Positions 42,244-53,316 are shown, numbered from the stretch's first letter. The stretch is DNA of 64,000 bases from Archaeoglobus sp. JdFR-37 (GCA_002010215.1 MTMY01000003.1:1-64000), one strand, 5' to 3'. Numbers and translations are program-made. Notes: generated from the sequence alone by a model not told the origin.

Positions 42244-43200
42244 TTAACCCTTTGCCTCCCTGAGCTTTTCCACCAGCTCTGGAACAATCTCAAATATGTC
42301 TCCAACCACTCCGTAGTGGGCCACACCAAAGATGGGCGCTTCAGGATCTTTGTTTACGGCGATTATCAGTTCGCTGTCCTTCATACCCATTATGTGCTGG
42401 AATGCTCCGCTTATGCCCAGAGCCAGATAGAGCTTCGGCTTCACAGTCTTGCCTGAGATACCAACCTGCCTGTCCTTGGGCAGCCATCCGTTGTCAATCA
42501 CCGGTCTGCTTCCTGCAACAACACCGCCAAGCAGCGAAGCCAGCTCTTCAGCCAGCTCGATGTTAGAAGCATCCTCTATACCTCTGCCAACCGAAACGAT
42601 GATGTCAGCCTGGCTTATATCAACCTCTCCGACCTCTGGTTCTACAAAGCCCACGAACTGCCTTGAGGGAGTAACACTGGGCTTTATTCCCGCATCCACT
42701 ATCCCTCCACTTGCCTCCTGCTCTTCCTTGAAGACACCCTGCCTGATGGTTATAACATACGTGTCGGCTTCTCTCAGCAGAACATCCACCATCAGCTTGC
42801 CCTGGAAGATGTATCTGGAAACCTTAATGCCATTACTCACATCAACGCCCACAGCATCTGTGACTACAGGAGCGTTGAGTTTTGATGCGAGATAGGGGGC
42901 GAATTCTGAACCCATGGCGGTGTTCCCTACGAGAACAATGTCGGGCTTCTCTTTTGAAAAGAGTTGCATGAGCACATCCACGTAGAGTTCTGGATTATAC
43001 TCTGCAAGGCTTTCATCTTCTATTTTCCACACCTTGTCAGCGTATTTTGCCAGTTCCTCTGCATAGGCTGAAACATCGCTTCCTATCACAATAGCTTCGC
43101 TTGTGCCGTCTCCCTTTATTGAGTTGGCAAGATTTAGCAGCTCGATGCTTATGGGGTTAAGCTCACCCCTCCTGTGTTCTGCAACCGCAAAAACCCTCAT
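42244..43200 (-). CDS. etfA: Electron transfer flavoprotein alpha subunit
   Basis: VSVGRG, SRPVID.GW, QVGISGKTV.PKLY, GISGAFQH. Confidence 0.95.
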   Translation of the reverse strand: MRVFAVAEHRRGELNPISIELLNLANSIKGDGTSEAIVIGSDVSAYAEELAKYADKVWKIEDESLAEYNPELYVDVLMQLFSKEKPDIVLVGNTAMGSEFAPYLASKLNAPVVTDAVGVDVSNGIKVSRYIFQGKLMVDVLLREADTYVITIRQGVFKEEQEASGGIVDAGIKPSVTPSRQFVGFVEPEVGEVDISQADIIVSVGRGIEDASNIELAEELASLLGGVVAGSRPVIDNGWLPKDRQVGISGKTVKPKLYLALGISGAFQHIMGMKDSELIIAVNKDPEAPIFGVAHYGVVGDIFEIVPELVEKLREAKG

Positions 43201-43952
43201 TACAGCAACCCCCTCTCCTTGAATATTTCAATCAACTTCTCTGCAACTTCATCAGCACTGCCGGTAATCATGTCTGCCTTCTTGACAGGCGGGAGATACA
43301 TCTTCTCCACTTCAAGGCTCTTCGTTGCTGGTGAAACGCTGACTTCTCTCAGCTCCTTCGTCTTTGCCCTCTTTATACCCATGATGGAGACGTACCTTGG
43401 CTCGTTAATACCTGACTGGATCGTGAGCAGGCACGGCACGGGTAGCGTTACCTCCTCGCTGAGTCCGCCTTCAAGCTCCCTCTTTGCAGCTATCCTGCCA
43501 TCCTCAACCTTTATCTCCGTAACAGCCGTTGCAAATGGAATGTTGAGCATCCCTGCCAGAATGATTCCTGTCAGAGCGTTGTTGTAATCCTGACTCATCA
43601 GGCCGGTGAGTATGAGGTCAAAGTTCTCATCCTTAATTGCCTCCTTAACAACCTCAGCAGTCTGATAGGAGTCAAGCCCGGTATCAACGGGTATCTTTAT
43701 TGCCCTGTCGGCTCCCATAGCCAGGCACTTTCTGAGAGTATCCTCGCATTTGCTGCCTACTCCTACAACCACCACTTCTCCACCATGAGCTTCCTTGAGC
43801 CTGATGGCCTCTTCAATGGCGTAGCGATCCCAGTCGTTGATATCGAAAATCAATCCCCTTTCATCAACGCTCTTTCCATCGCTTCCCACATGAATCTCGC
43901 TTTCTGGGTCTGCTGCATGCTTTGCCAGCACGATAATTTTCAAATCATCCAC
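43200..43952 (-). CDS. etfB: Electron transfer flavoprotein beta subunit
   Basis: INDWD..AIEEAIRLKE, LAMGADRA, RELEGG, INEPRY. Confidence 0.95.
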   Translation of the reverse strand: MDDLKIIVLAKHAADPESEIHVGSDGKSVDERGLIFDINDWDRYAIEEAIRLKEAHGGEVVVVGVGSKCEDTLRKCLAMGADRAIKIPVDTGLDSYQTAEVVKEAIKDENFDLILTGLMSQDYNNALTGIILAGMLNIPFATAVTEIKVEDGRIAAKRELEGGLSEEVTLPVPCLLTIQSGINEPRYVSIMGIKRAKTKELREVSVSPATKSLEVEKMYLPPVKKADMITGSADEVAEKLIEIFKERGLL

Positions 43953-44055
43953 CTCCCCACTGCAGTTGAAATTAACGTTTTAAAATGATTTGCTTTTCAA
44001 TTAAAATTAAAAATAATGTTGTTTTCAACATTTACCGATTTATCATTATCTGCCA

Positions 44056-46029
44056 TTACCTGCCCTTGAACTCTGGCTTTCTTTTCTCGAAGAATGCCTT
44101 GAAGCCCTCGATTACGTCTTCAGTTGACGTGACAATTCCGAAGTATGCAGCCTCAAGAGCCTGGCCAATTTCAACAGGCAGCGTCTGGCCGAAGTTTATG
44201 GCGTATTTAGCTACTCTCTGCGCCACTGGAGCTCCTGCAGCAAGCTGCTTTGCAAGGCTCATCACTTCATCCCAGAACTTATCTGCATCAACAGCCTTGT
44301 TGACGAGCCCTACAGCCTCAGCCTCGTCTGCACTCAGCCTCTTTGCAAGCATAATCAGCTCTTTAGCTTTGGCTATGCCGAGTATCTTGGTCATCCTCTG
44401 GGTTCCACCCCACCCGGGTATGATGCCCAGAGCAAGCTCCGTCAGTCCGATCTGGCCGGCTTTTGACATTATCCTGAAGTCACAGGCCATTGCAAGCTCG
44501 CAACCGCCACCAAAGGCATATCCGTTTATGGCGGCAATCACCGGCTTGGGGAATTTCTCGATGGCCGTAAAGGCTGCCTGTCCCTTGGCTGCCAGCATCA
44601 TGGCCACTGAGGGTACAAGGGCGTTGCTCTGCATAGTTGCCTGGAGATCCAGGCCTGCAGAGAAAGCCCTGTCGCCGGCTCCCGTTATCACCAGCACTCT
44701 AACCTCATCATCGTTTTCAAGCTCCCTCAGAGCCGTCACGATCTCGTCGAGGGTTTCAACTGTTAGAGCATTCAGCCTGTGGGGCCTGTTGATAACGAGC
44801 TTCGCAATACCATCTCCGAGCTTCTCAATGACTATGTTCTGGTAACTGGCTCCAGTATAGCTGTAAAAGCCCTCTCCAGTCTTCTTTCCAAGCTTGCCCT
44901 CCTGAACCATTTTCTTGATTAGTTCAGTGGGCTTGAAGATGTCATATCCCTTCTCCTTCTGCAACTCTTCAAGCTTTGCAACGATGGCATCTATCCCAAT
45001 TTCATCGGCAAGCTCACACGGCCCCTTGGGCATGTTTGTGCCCAGCTTCATTGCGGTATCGATCTCCTTGGCATCTGCAACCCCCATCTCAATCAGACCG
45101 CTGGCTATGTTCACCATTGGGGCAATTAGGCGGAGACCATCGTATTTTCCTGCTAGCTCCTTCAGTATCTGCGGTCTTCCAGCACTCCAGTCGTAGAAGC
45201 CCTTGCCCGTCTTTGCTCCCAGCTCTCTTGCTTCGAACTTCTCCTTCAGAACCTTTGGCGTTGGAACAAGCCCCCACTGCTCGTTGCCCAGATAGAGGAT
45301 GTCAAGCCCAACGAAATCCCCAAGCTCGATTGGGCCCATCGGGAAAGCGTAGTTGTACAACATCGTTGCGTCAATCTCCTCCTTTGTTGCAACACCTCTG
45401 TCGAGATCGTCAACAGCCAAGGCCAGATAGGGAACCAAGCATCTGTTCACTATGAAGCCCGGAACATCCTTCTTAACAACTACTGGCGTCTTTCCAATGC
45501 TCTTCACGAATTCCACGCCGAATTTGATTGTTTCATCGCTGGTCTTCTCCCCCTTTATCACTTCTACAAGAGCCATCACAGGCACGGGGTTGAAGAAGTG
45601 CAGCCCAAGGAACTTCTCAGGTCTGTCTGTGGCGTTACCGATTTCAGTAATGCTCAAACCTGAAGTGTTGGTTGCAAAAATCGCATCCTTTTTGGCATAC
45701 TGCTGAACTTCAGCAAAAACCTGTTTTTTCAGCTCAAGAACTTCCGGAACAGCCTCAATAACAAGATCAGCACCCCCTATTGCATCCTTCATTTCGAGGG
45801 TGAAGTGCAATCTGCCGAAGATTTCATTTGCCTTCTCTTCAGTCATCTTACCCTTCTTTACGGCCTTTTGGAGGTTCTTCTCAATGGCTGCCTTTGCCCT
45901 GTCCAGAAACTCCTGCTTTATGTCCCTAACCCATACCTCATAACCCGCTGCTGCACATACCTGGGCTATTCCATGACCCATTGTCCCAGCACCGAGAACT
46001 GCTATCTTCTTTACCTCCACTTTGCCCAC
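44056..46029 (-). CDS. Bifunctional 3-hydroxyacyl-CoA dehydrogenase/enoyl-CoA hydratase
   Basis: GAGTMGHG, EAVPE, TNTS, HFFNP, PGFIVNR; C-terminal crotonase domain (GGGCELA, PGWGGTQR). Confidence 0.95.
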   Translation of the reverse strand: MGKVEVKKIAVLGAGTMGHGIAQVCAAAGYEVWVRDIKQEFLDRAKAAIEKNLQKAVKKGKMTEEKANEIFGRLHFTLEMKDAIGGADLVIEAVPEVLELKKQVFAEVQQYAKKDAIFATNTSGLSITEIGNATDRPEKFLGLHFFNPVPVMALVEVIKGEKTSDETIKFGVEFVKSIGKTPVVVKKDVPGFIVNRCLVPYLALAVDDLDRGVATKEEIDATMLYNYAFPMGPIELGDFVGLDILYLGNEQWGLVPTPKVLKEKFEARELGAKTGKGFYDWSAGRPQILKELAGKYDGLRLIAPMVNIASGLIEMGVADAKEIDTAMKLGTNMPKGPCELADEIGIDAIVAKLEELQKEKGYDIFKPTELIKKMVQEGKLGKKTGEGFYSYTGASYQNIVIEKLGDGIAKLVINRPHRLNALTVETLDEIVTALRELENDDEVRVLVITGAGDRAFSAGLDLQATMQSNALVPSVAMMLAAKGQAAFTAIEKFPKPVIAAINGYAFGGGCELAMACDFRIMSKAGQIGLTELALGIIPGWGGTQRMTKILGIAKAKELIMLAKRLSADEAEAVGLVNKAVDADKFWDEVMSLAKQLAAGAPVAQRVAKYAINFGQTLPVEIGQALEAAYFGIVTSTEDVIEGFKAFFEKRKPEFKGR

Positions 46030-46039
46030 TCTATCACCC

Positions 46040-46549
46040 CTAGAGGGGAACTATTTCATACATTAAATATCCTTCTTTTTCTCTCCTGCTCACTTCAACC
46101 TTCACCCTCTGGCCTGGTCTCACACTTCTCGGATCGCCCTTTAGCCATCCCGTGATTCGGACACCATCGTCGAGCTTTGCTATCGCAACAGTGTAGGGGT
46201 CGTAGGCTGAGAAGCTTGGCGGGCGGACGAAAAGGACTGTGAGCGTTTCAAGAACTCCTTCTTTCTTGAGCTCCACCCACTCAACCTCGCTGTCCATGCA
46301 GCTGGGGCAGTCCTTCTGGGGCGGGAAGAAGAGCCTCCCACACTCCTTACACTTGGTTGCCATGAGCTTGCCCTCTCTAAGGCCTTCAAAGAAGGGCTTT
46401 ATGTTCTCTATGCAAATGAAATAGCGAAGTCTGAGCTCCCTCAGATCCACCCACTGCAAAGCGTTACTTTTCTCATCCTGCACAACAGGAAAGCCGAATT
46501 CTGCAATATTCTTTTCAACAATCTCTTTAAGCTCTTTCATTAAAATCAC
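46040..46549 (-). CDS. DUF35 Zn-ribbon/OB-fold thiolase partner
   Basis: CKECG...FPP...CPSC followed by OB fold; adjacent to the thiolase. Confidence 0.9.
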   Translation of the reverse strand: MILMKELKEIVEKNIAEFGFPVVQDEKSNALQWVDLRELRLRYFICIENIKPFFEGLREGKLMATKCKECGRLFFPPQKDCPSCMDSEVEWVELKKEGVLETLTVLFVRPPSFSAYDPYTVAIAKLDDGVRITGWLKGDPRSVRPGQRVKVEVSRREKEGYLMYEIVPL

Positions 46550-46563
46550 CTCTTTCTAACGCC

Positions 46564-47745
46564 TCACTTTTTATCCAGCCCGTAGATTGTGATGTATGTG
46601 TAATGGCCAGTTCCACCTACGTTATGGGCCAGCCACCTTCCATTCTTGATGTCTGCCTGCCTTCCGGGTTCCGCCTTGCTCAGGAGCTGCTTGTAAGCTT
46701 CCACAGCCTGGCTGACTCCTGTTGCACCTATTGGATGGCCTTTGGCCTTCAGACCGCCATCAATGTTCACCGGAATTCTGCCGCCTATGTATGTCTGCTC
46801 GTCCCTTATCAGTTGCACACCTTCACCAGGCTTGGCGAAGCGGAGATCCTCATATGCTATGACTTCTGCCGCCGTAAAGCAGTCGTGGACATTTGCGCCA
46901 TCAAGATGCTTGTATGGGGCGTCAACATCAATTCCTGCCTTCCTGTAGGCTATTTCAGCAGCATATCTGGCTGAAGCAAGGGATGTGAACTCCTCACGCC
47001 TGCTCAGGTTTGCTGTGCCGGTCCCAACTCCCTGAGATATGAGCCATATCTTGTCGTCAACCTCCTTTGCCACCTCCTCGCTTGCGAGGATTATGCAGGC
47101 TGAGCCATCGGTGATGGGGCTGCAGTCAAACAGCTTGAAGGGCCAGGCCACATAAGGGCTCTTCAGGGCAGTTTCAACGTCTATCTCCTTCTGGAACTGA
47201 GCCAATGGGTTTTTGGCACCGTAGTAGTGGTTTTTAACAGCTATCTTCGCAAAATCTTCCTCAGTTGCACCATACTTGGCCATGTAAGCCGTTGCGTGCA
47301 GGGCATAGTAGCCGGGGAAAGTCAGGCCGAAGTTCTCAAACTCCCAGAAGTAGCTTCCAAACCTCCCTATCAACTCTATTACGTTGGGATTCGGCGATTC
47401 CTGCATCTTTTCAATACCCAGTACAAGAACTACATCTGCCTCACCGCTCTGAATGGCTGTGTAGGCAACCCTTATCGCCGCATTCCCGGTTGCACATGCT
47501 GCCTCAACCCTCATGGAACCTTTGGGGGCAAGGTCAGCATATTCAGCCATCAAAGCTGGAATTGCAGCTTCGCTACTCCACATCCCCGCATTACCCACAA
47601 CGAAGAAATCAATGTCCTTCTGTTCAACATTGGCGGATTTCAGAGCAGGCTTGATTGCTTCCCAAGCAAGCTCAGGAATGCTGACATCTTTTCTCATTCC
47701 GAACTTGGAATGTCCAACACCTATAACGGCAACGTTCTCCGACAT
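46564..47745 (-). CDS. SCP2-type thiolase
   Basis: VEAACATG, HDCFT, GGLKAKGHPIGATG, HNVGG. Confidence 0.93.
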   Translation of the reverse strand: MSENVAVIGVGHSKFGMRKDVSIPELAWEAIKPALKSANVEQKDIDFFVVGNAGMWSSEAAIPALMAEYADLAPKGSMRVEAACATGNAAIRVAYTAIQSGEADVVLVLGIEKMQESPNPNVIELIGRFGSYFWEFENFGLTFPGYYALHATAYMAKYGATEEDFAKIAVKNHYYGAKNPLAQFQKEIDVETALKSPYVAWPFKLFDCSPITDGSACIILASEEVAKEVDDKIWLISQGVGTGTANLSRREEFTSLASARYAAEIAYRKAGIDVDAPYKHLDGANVHDCFTAAEVIAYEDLRFAKPGEGVQLIRDEQTYIGGRIPVNIDGGLKAKGHPIGATGVSQAVEAYKQLLSKAEPGRQADIKNGRWLAHNVGGTGHYTYITIYGLDKK

Positions 47746-48009
47746 ACACCAAATTTACTCATTTTTCATTATATAAGCCTTTCTCGAATTTTCAGCCTTT
47801 TAAAGCAAAATGGAAACCAGTAAGGTTAATATACTTAGAAAATTGTCATGATTTTTTTTGGTTTCTGAATTCCAACTATTTAAACTTTTCTAGTTCCTCT
47901 AAAAGCTCTCTGTAAATTTATCCACCCCAAAAGAATTTTATACTACTTCACAACATAAAATGCCATGTAAAATCGTGAAATGGCTAACTTGAGGTTGTGA
48001 GGTGGTGGT

Positions 48010-49176
48010 ATGGCTATTGGTTTTACATTTACAGAGGAACAGGAGGATATAAGGAGAGCAGCAAGGGAATTTGCAGAGAAGGAGTTTACACCCGAGCTTG
48101 CAATTGAGTGCGACAGGGAAGAGAAGTATCCCATGGAGCTCGTCAAGAAGTGTGCAAAACTCGGTTTTCACGCCGTAAGCATACCTGAGGAATATGGCGG
48201 TGGAGGTTACGGCCCTATTGAGCAGATGATAGTGATGGAGGAGTTCTCCGCTGTCAACCCTGGCCTCGCTCTGGCCTGTCTGACACCTGTCTTTGGCGTC
48301 GAAATTCTGCTTCTCCATGGAAGCGAAGAACAGAAGGAGAAGTGGGTTCCAAAGCTGTGCAGCGGCGACGCCATCATGGGCATGGCAAATACGGAGCCGG
48401 ATGCAGGAAGCGACTCGGCAAGTATAAAGACGAAGGCGGTTCTGGATGGAGACGAATGGGTGCTCAACGGAACGAAGCAGTTCATAACAAACGGCACTGT
48501 AGCGGACTTCATACTCGTTACCGCAAGGACAAGGGAAGTTGAGGACTGGAACAAGAGGCACAGAGGGATCAGTTACTTCATTGTTGAGACTGACAGAGAG
48601 GGTTTCAAAGCTACGAAGATTTCGGGCAAGCTTGGTATCAGGGCGAGTGATACGGCTGAGATAAGCCTGAGCAACGTGAGGGTTCCAAAGGATAATCTAG
48701 TGGGAGAGGAAGGCAAGGGATTCTACTACATGATGGAGTTCTTTGACATAAGCAGGGTCTGGGTTGCTGCTCAGGCTGTTGGAATTGCAAGAGGTGCTCT
48801 CAAGCTGGCCGTGGATTATGTGAAGCAGAGGAAGGCCTTTGGTGTCCCGCTGGCAGCATTCCAGTACATCCAGTTTAAGCTTGCGGAGCTGGCAACGAAA
48901 ATTGAGGCTGCGAGAACTCTTACCTACAGGGCTGCTGCCGTACAGGTTGAGCAGGGCAGGCCCGACAATGCCCTTTCAGCCATGGCGAAGTGGTATGCTG
49001 GAGAAGTAGCAGTGGAAACCTGCAACTGGGCTCTGCAGTTCCATGGCGGCTACGGCTACATAGACGAGTATCCGATAAACCAGTTCTACAGAGATGCCAA
49101 GATAACCGAGATTTACGAGGGGGCAAAGGAGATCGAGAAGCTGATTGTGGCCAGGAACTTGCTCGGGGTTAAGTGA
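48010..49176 (+). CDS. Acyl-CoA dehydrogenase
   Basis: TEPDAGSD, LNGTKQFITNG, KLGIRAS, HGGYGY, IYEG. Confidence 0.95.
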   Translation: MAIGFTFTEEQEDIRRAAREFAEKEFTPELAIECDREEKYPMELVKKCAKLGFHAVSIPEEYGGGGYGPIEQMIVMEEFSAVNPGLALACLTPVFGVEILLLHGSEEQKEKWVPKLCSGDAIMGMANTEPDAGSDSASIKTKAVLDGDEWVLNGTKQFITNGTVADFILVTARTREVEDWNKRHRGISYFIVETDREGFKATKISGKLGIRASDTAEISLSNVRVPKDNLVGEEGKGFYYMMEFFDISRVWVAAQAVGIARGALKLAVDYVKQRKAFGVPLAAFQYIQFKLAELATKIEAARTLTYRAAAVQVEQGRPDNALSAMAKWYAGEVAVETCNWALQFHGGYGYIDEYPINQFYRDAKITEIYEGAKEIEKLIVARNLLGVK

Positions 49177-49247
49177 TTTTTCTTTTTTATTTATTATTCG
49201 TTATATCAGATTGGTTGGGTTAAAGGCTTCTCTGCCATTCAGTATAG

Positions 49248-49598
49248 TCATAGTGTCTCTGCATCCTTCCTTGCCCTCATCCAGGCAAAAATAGCTCCAA
49301 CCAGGCTCCAGAACATCACAGACATCAGAAAATACACCTGAGGAATCCTCAACGCCCAGGGTATCGTGTGGTGGGCTTGCGGGGAACTGGGGTCGCCGAT
49401 ATAGTCTATGGCCAGATTGTAAACGGCGTCACCGATCCAAATGGGTGGAGCGTTGAGAAGAAAAATAGAATCAGACCCCTTAAGCCAGAAAATAATTGAC
49501 AGTATTCCTGCCACGACTCCGTAATTTAGAAAGAAAAAAATCCCGGATTTCATTAAATTTTTCGGACTTATGGAAGGTGCCATGGACGCAATCTCCAT
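49248..49598 (-). CDS. Hypothetical membrane protein
   Basis: Two TM segments; likely start MAPS. Confidence 0.55.
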   Translation of the reverse strand: MEIASMAPSISPKNLMKSGIFFFLNYGVVAGILSIIFWLKGSDSIFLLNAPPIWIGDAVYNLAIDYIGDPSSPQAHHTIPWALRIPQVYFLMSVMFWSLVGAIFAWMRARKDAETL

Positions 49599-49697
49599 CC
49601 CACACCAAAAAATATTTCTAATTCTGGAAATTAATACATAAAATTCTTATTGGAAGAAGTTTGAAATTATTAATAGTTTAATTTAGGAGGCGAGAAA

Positions 49698-50375
49698 ATG
49701 AACGAAATTGTGAGTGGGACATACTGGGTTGGCGTGCCTGTACCTCCGGCAGGCACTTCCCTGAATGCATTCCTCATTTTGGATGAAAAGACCGCGCTTA
49801 TCGACACCGGATCAATCGGGACGAGAGACGCAATGCTGGAAAACATAAAGAGGGTTGCAGACCCCTCGATCATCAATTACATCATTCTGACGCACAACTG
49901 TATCGACCACTGCGGCGGACTTGCACCAGTTCTTGAAGCTGCAAAGAACGCAAAGGTCGTTGCATCCGAGCTTACCGCTCTGAGGCTTCCGCTGGTATAC
50001 GGAATAAGACCGGAGGTCATGGTTGTGAAGGATGGGGACACTCTGGAGCTTGGAAGGAGGAAGTTGAAGTTCATCTACGCGCCCTATCTGTGCAAACCGG
50101 ATAGCATGTTCGTTTATGATGCAACTGACAGGATTCTGTTCACAGCCGATGCCTTCGGGATATACACCCAGCCCAACGCGGAATGGAGACTGTTTGCCGA
50201 GGGTGATATAATTCAGGCGTTAAAATCCTACAGCAGGATCAATTTCGGGGAGCAATCCAATCTGGCTAACGCAATTAAAAAGATTGAGGGCCTAGAAATA
50301 GATATAATTGCTCCGGGACACGGTCCGATGCTCAGAGGAGAGATTAACAGATACATTGAAGCTCTGAGCCAGTAA
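49698..50375 (+). CDS. Stand-alone flavodiiron-type MBL domain with Cys-substituted ligands
   Basis: NAFLI.DEKTALIDTG, THNCIDH, LCKPDSM, LFTADAFG, APGHG; no flavodoxin domain. Confidence 0.75.
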   Translation: MNEIVSGTYWVGVPVPPAGTSLNAFLILDEKTALIDTGSIGTRDAMLENIKRVADPSIINYIILTHNCIDHCGGLAPVLEAAKNAKVVASELTALRLPLVYGIRPEVMVVKDGDTLELGRRKLKFIYAPYLCKPDSMFVYDATDRILFTADAFGIYTQPNAEWRLFAEGDIIQALKSYSRINFGEQSNLANAIKKIEGLEIDIIAPGHGPMLRGEINRYIEALSQ

Positions 50376-50546
50376 AAAGTTGAAATGGTCGTCAAATGTG
50401 CATATTTCAGCAATCCTCGCATCTTCTCCTGTTCATTGACCTTTCAACCTTCTATAGAGTATAATATTTCGTAATGTTGCCTTTTCTTGGAAGAACCTTT
50501 ACCCTATCGCTAAATGTGACAATAACCACCTTAATCCAACCAATAT

Positions 50547-50900
50547 TTACTGAAATCGGACACTGACTCTCTCTTCTCCCTCTACGACCTGCCAGCTCTT
50601 AGAGCTTATTCTGAACTCGATGGTCTTGTATCCGGCATAGGCCTTCCACCCGTATCTCGGTTCCCATGGAATCGTGTATGTGAAGAGGAAAGGCAGGGCT
50701 TTGAAGCCGGATCGCACCTCAAATCGCACGAGTATAGTTGAATTACCCTCGAATTCCGCATAGACAGGAACTTTTATCCTGTATTTCTCTGAGATGCCTT
50801 TGTCGCTTTCAGTTTTTGAGACTGGTTCTCTTTCAACTACTGGAGACAGAGTTATGTTGGCGTTTATTATGTCGCCTATATCTCCAGAACAAAGCTCAGA
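50547..50900 (-). pseudogene. 5'-truncated gene for a beta-rich (probably secreted) protein
   Basis: Open frame SGDIGDIINANITLSPVV...IKVPVYAEFEGNSTILVRFE...VSVRFQ* without a plausible start; begins at the G-rich repeat. Confidence 0.5.
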
Positions 50901-50936
50901 GACGGCGAAGGGGGGATGGGTGGGCGGGATAAAAAG
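50892..50936 (+). repeat. G-rich dispersed repeat, copy 1
   Basis: AAGCTCAGAGACGGCGAAGGGGGGATGGGTGGGCGGGATAAAAAG. Confidence 0.7.
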
Positions 50937-51039
50937 GATAAAAAGATGGCCACGTAAAGCTGGCGAACAGGGGAATCGGGGAGCATTGTTTTAGAATGAT
51001 TGTTTTAGAATGACTGTATGATTGCTCCATCAACTAATT

Positions 51040-51825
51040 TTATCTCTTAATCGCCCCCCTCAACTCCCTAACCTTCCTCTGAATTTCCTCAGCGGCATCC
51101 TCTCCCAGCCTTTCAATTATCTCAACAATGGCGCTTCCAACCACAACCCCATCAGCTCCCGCATCCATCAGCTTTCTGACATGTTCGAGTTTAGACACAC
51201 CAAATCCAACAGCCACAGGCTTCCTGCAGACTTTCTTCACCCTCTTCAGAGCCTCAAAGGCTATTGGTGGCACCTCGTCTCTCACTCCGGTAACACCGTA
51301 AGTTGAAACAAGATAAATGAACTCGGAAACCTCGTCTATCGCCATGAGCCTCTCGTCTGAAGTATTTGGAGCCGCCAGGAAGATCGTTCCGATCCCGTAC
51401 TTCTCGCACATCTCCAGATACCCGCCAGCTTCTTCCAGTGGCAGATCAACGACAATCATCCCGCTGACCCCTGCTTCGCTGGCATCTCTCACGAATCTCT
51501 CGATTCCCACGGCGTAAATGGGATTGAAGTAGGTCATGAGCACAACAGGCTTTTCTGAATGCTTTCTGAAACTTCTAACGATATCAAAAACGTCACTTAA
51601 CTTAATTCCTGCTTTCAGAGCCCTGTAATTTGCTTTCTGAATCGCTTTGCCATCCGCCATCGGGTCGCTGAAGGGGATGCCTAGTTCTATCACATCCGCA
51701 TACTCCTCCATGGCCAACATGAAATTGAGTGTCGCATTCTTGCTGGGATCACCGGCAGTTATGAAGGTTATGAGTGATTTACCTGATTTACCTATCATTT
51801 CAAAGCCCTCCAGCGAGTCCGGCAT
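51040..51825 (-). CDS. trpA: Tryptophan synthase alpha subunit
   Basis: [41 protein letters not shown]; start may be 51798. Confidence 0.96.
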   Translation of the reverse strand: MPDSLEGFEMIGKSGKSLITFITAGDPSKNATLNFMLAMEEYADVIELGIPFSDPMADGKAIQKANYRALKAGIKLSDVFDIVRSFRKHSEKPVVLMTYFNPIYAVGIERFVRDASEAGVSGMIVVDLPLEEAGGYLEMCEKYGIGTIFLAAPNTSDERLMAIDEVSEFIYLVSTYGVTGVRDEVPPIAFEALKRVKKVCRKPVAVGFGVSKLEHVRKLMDAGADGVVVGSAIVEIIERLGEDAAEEIQRKVRELRGAIKR

Positions 51826-52969
51826 CCATCACCACACCAAGATCCTTATCGCCCCTCCCTGACAGATTGACCACCACAATCTCATCCCTGCTCATCTCAG
51901 CCGCAATCTTCATCGCATAAGCAATTGCATGGGCAGATTCCAGCGCTGGAAGTATTCCCTCAGCCCTCGAAAGCTCAACGAAAGCCTTCAAAGCTTCATC
52001 ATCTGTCACAGCGACGTATTCGGCCCTGCCCTCCTCCATGAGGTAGGCATGCTCAGGACCAACCCCGGGATAATCCAGGCCAGCAGCAATACTGTGGGCA
52101 TCGACTATCTGCCCTTCATCATCTTGAAGGAAGTAGGAAAGCATGCCATGCAGAACTCCTTTTCTGCCCGCATTAAGCGATGCGGAATGCTCTCCCGTAT
52201 CGATCCCCTTCCCGGCCGCCTCAACGCCTATGAGCCTTACGTCATCATCCACAAATGGGTGAAAGATACCTATTGCATTGCTGCCACCTCCAACACATGC
52301 TACAACCGCATCAGGCAAACGCCCCTCAATCTGGAGGATCTGTTGCCTCGCCTCTCTCCCTATGACCGACTGGAAATCCCTGACCATCTCGGGATAGGGA
52401 TAGGGGCCAACGCACGAGCCTATTAAGTAATGGGTCGTCTCGAAACTTGCCACCCAGTCCCTCAGCGCCTCATTTATTGCATCTTTCAGCGTCTTCGTGC
52501 CGCCCTCAACAGGTATGACCTTTGCTCCGAGCAGCCTCATTCTGAAAACGTTCATTCGCTGCCTCTCAACGTCTTCGCTTCCCATGTATATCTCGGTCTC
52601 CATTCCAAAAAGGGCTCCAGCCATGGCTGTGGCAACGCCGTGCTGACCAGCTCCTGTCTCTGCTATCAGCCTCTTCTTCCCCATCTTCCTGGCCAGCAGA
52701 GCCTGGCCTATGGTGTTGTTTATCTTGTGGGCCCCTCCGTGGAGCAGGTCTTCTCTCTTCAGGTATATCTTGGCCCCTCCCACCCTCTCTGTCAAATTCT
52801 TGGCGAAATAAAGAGGGGTGGGCCTGCCAGCATAATTTTTAAGATAATGCTCAAGCTCTCTCTGAAACTCATCATCCTCTCTGATTTCCATATATGCTTT
52901 TTTAAGCTCCTCCAGCGGAGGTATAAGGACTTCGGGAACGAATCTCCCTCCGAATTCTCCGAATTTCAT
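51800..52969 (-). CDS. trpB: Tryptophan synthase beta subunit (TrpB1)
   Basis: [46 protein letters not shown]. Confidence 0.97.
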   Translation of the reverse strand: MKFGEFGGRFVPEVLIPPLEELKKAYMEIREDDEFQRELEHYLKNYAGRPTPLYFAKNLTERVGGAKIYLKREDLLHGGAHKINNTIGQALLARKMGKKRLIAETGAGQHGVATAMAGALFGMETEIYMGSEDVERQRMNVFRMRLLGAKVIPVEGGTKTLKDAINEALRDWVASFETTHYLIGSCVGPYPYPEMVRDFQSVIGREARQQILQIEGRLPDAVVACVGGGSNAIGIFHPFVDDDVRLIGVEAAGKGIDTGEHSASLNAGRKGVLHGMLSYFLQDDEGQIVDAHSIAAGLDYPGVGPEHAYLMEEGRAEYVAVTDDEALKAFVELSRAEGILPALESAHAIAYAMKIAAEMSRDEIVVVNLSGRGDKDLGVVMDAGLAGGL

Positions 52970-53224
52970 TTCATCACCCTGATAGTCTCACACTTGTCAT
53001 GTTTGCGAATCCCCTTTTATCTGCACAATCCTAAATTTAGAGACTTTTCCCGTATTAAAGGAGAAGGCTATTTAAGTGTTTCGTTGCCATTTTTGTCAAT
53101 CTTATTGGAGAGGGGATAGATGCCCTCTGGAAATTCTGAGCCAATCAAATGTGCGAAATCTCAGAATTGCTAGCCTACCCGCGTCTCAAAGCTAAAGTAG
53201 TTTGACTTAATGAACGCTAAGGTG

Positions 53225-53266
53225 AAGCTCAGGGACGGAGGAGGGCTGGGTGGGAGGGATAAAAAG
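53225..53266 (+). repeat. G-rich dispersed repeat, copy 2
   Basis: AAGCTCAGGGACGGAGGAGGGCTGGGTGGGAGGGATAAAAAG. Confidence 0.7.
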
Positions 53267-53316
53267 TCGTTTTTAATCTCCGTTATTGATCTTTTTTAAC
53301 CAAAATCCAAAACAAA

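Noticed and set aside
43985..44845. Long antisense ORFs (also 33530-34363, 52430-53119, 59186-59857, 8556-9179)
   Set aside because: Shadows of well-supported opposite-strand genes, with Ser-rich composition and no motifs.
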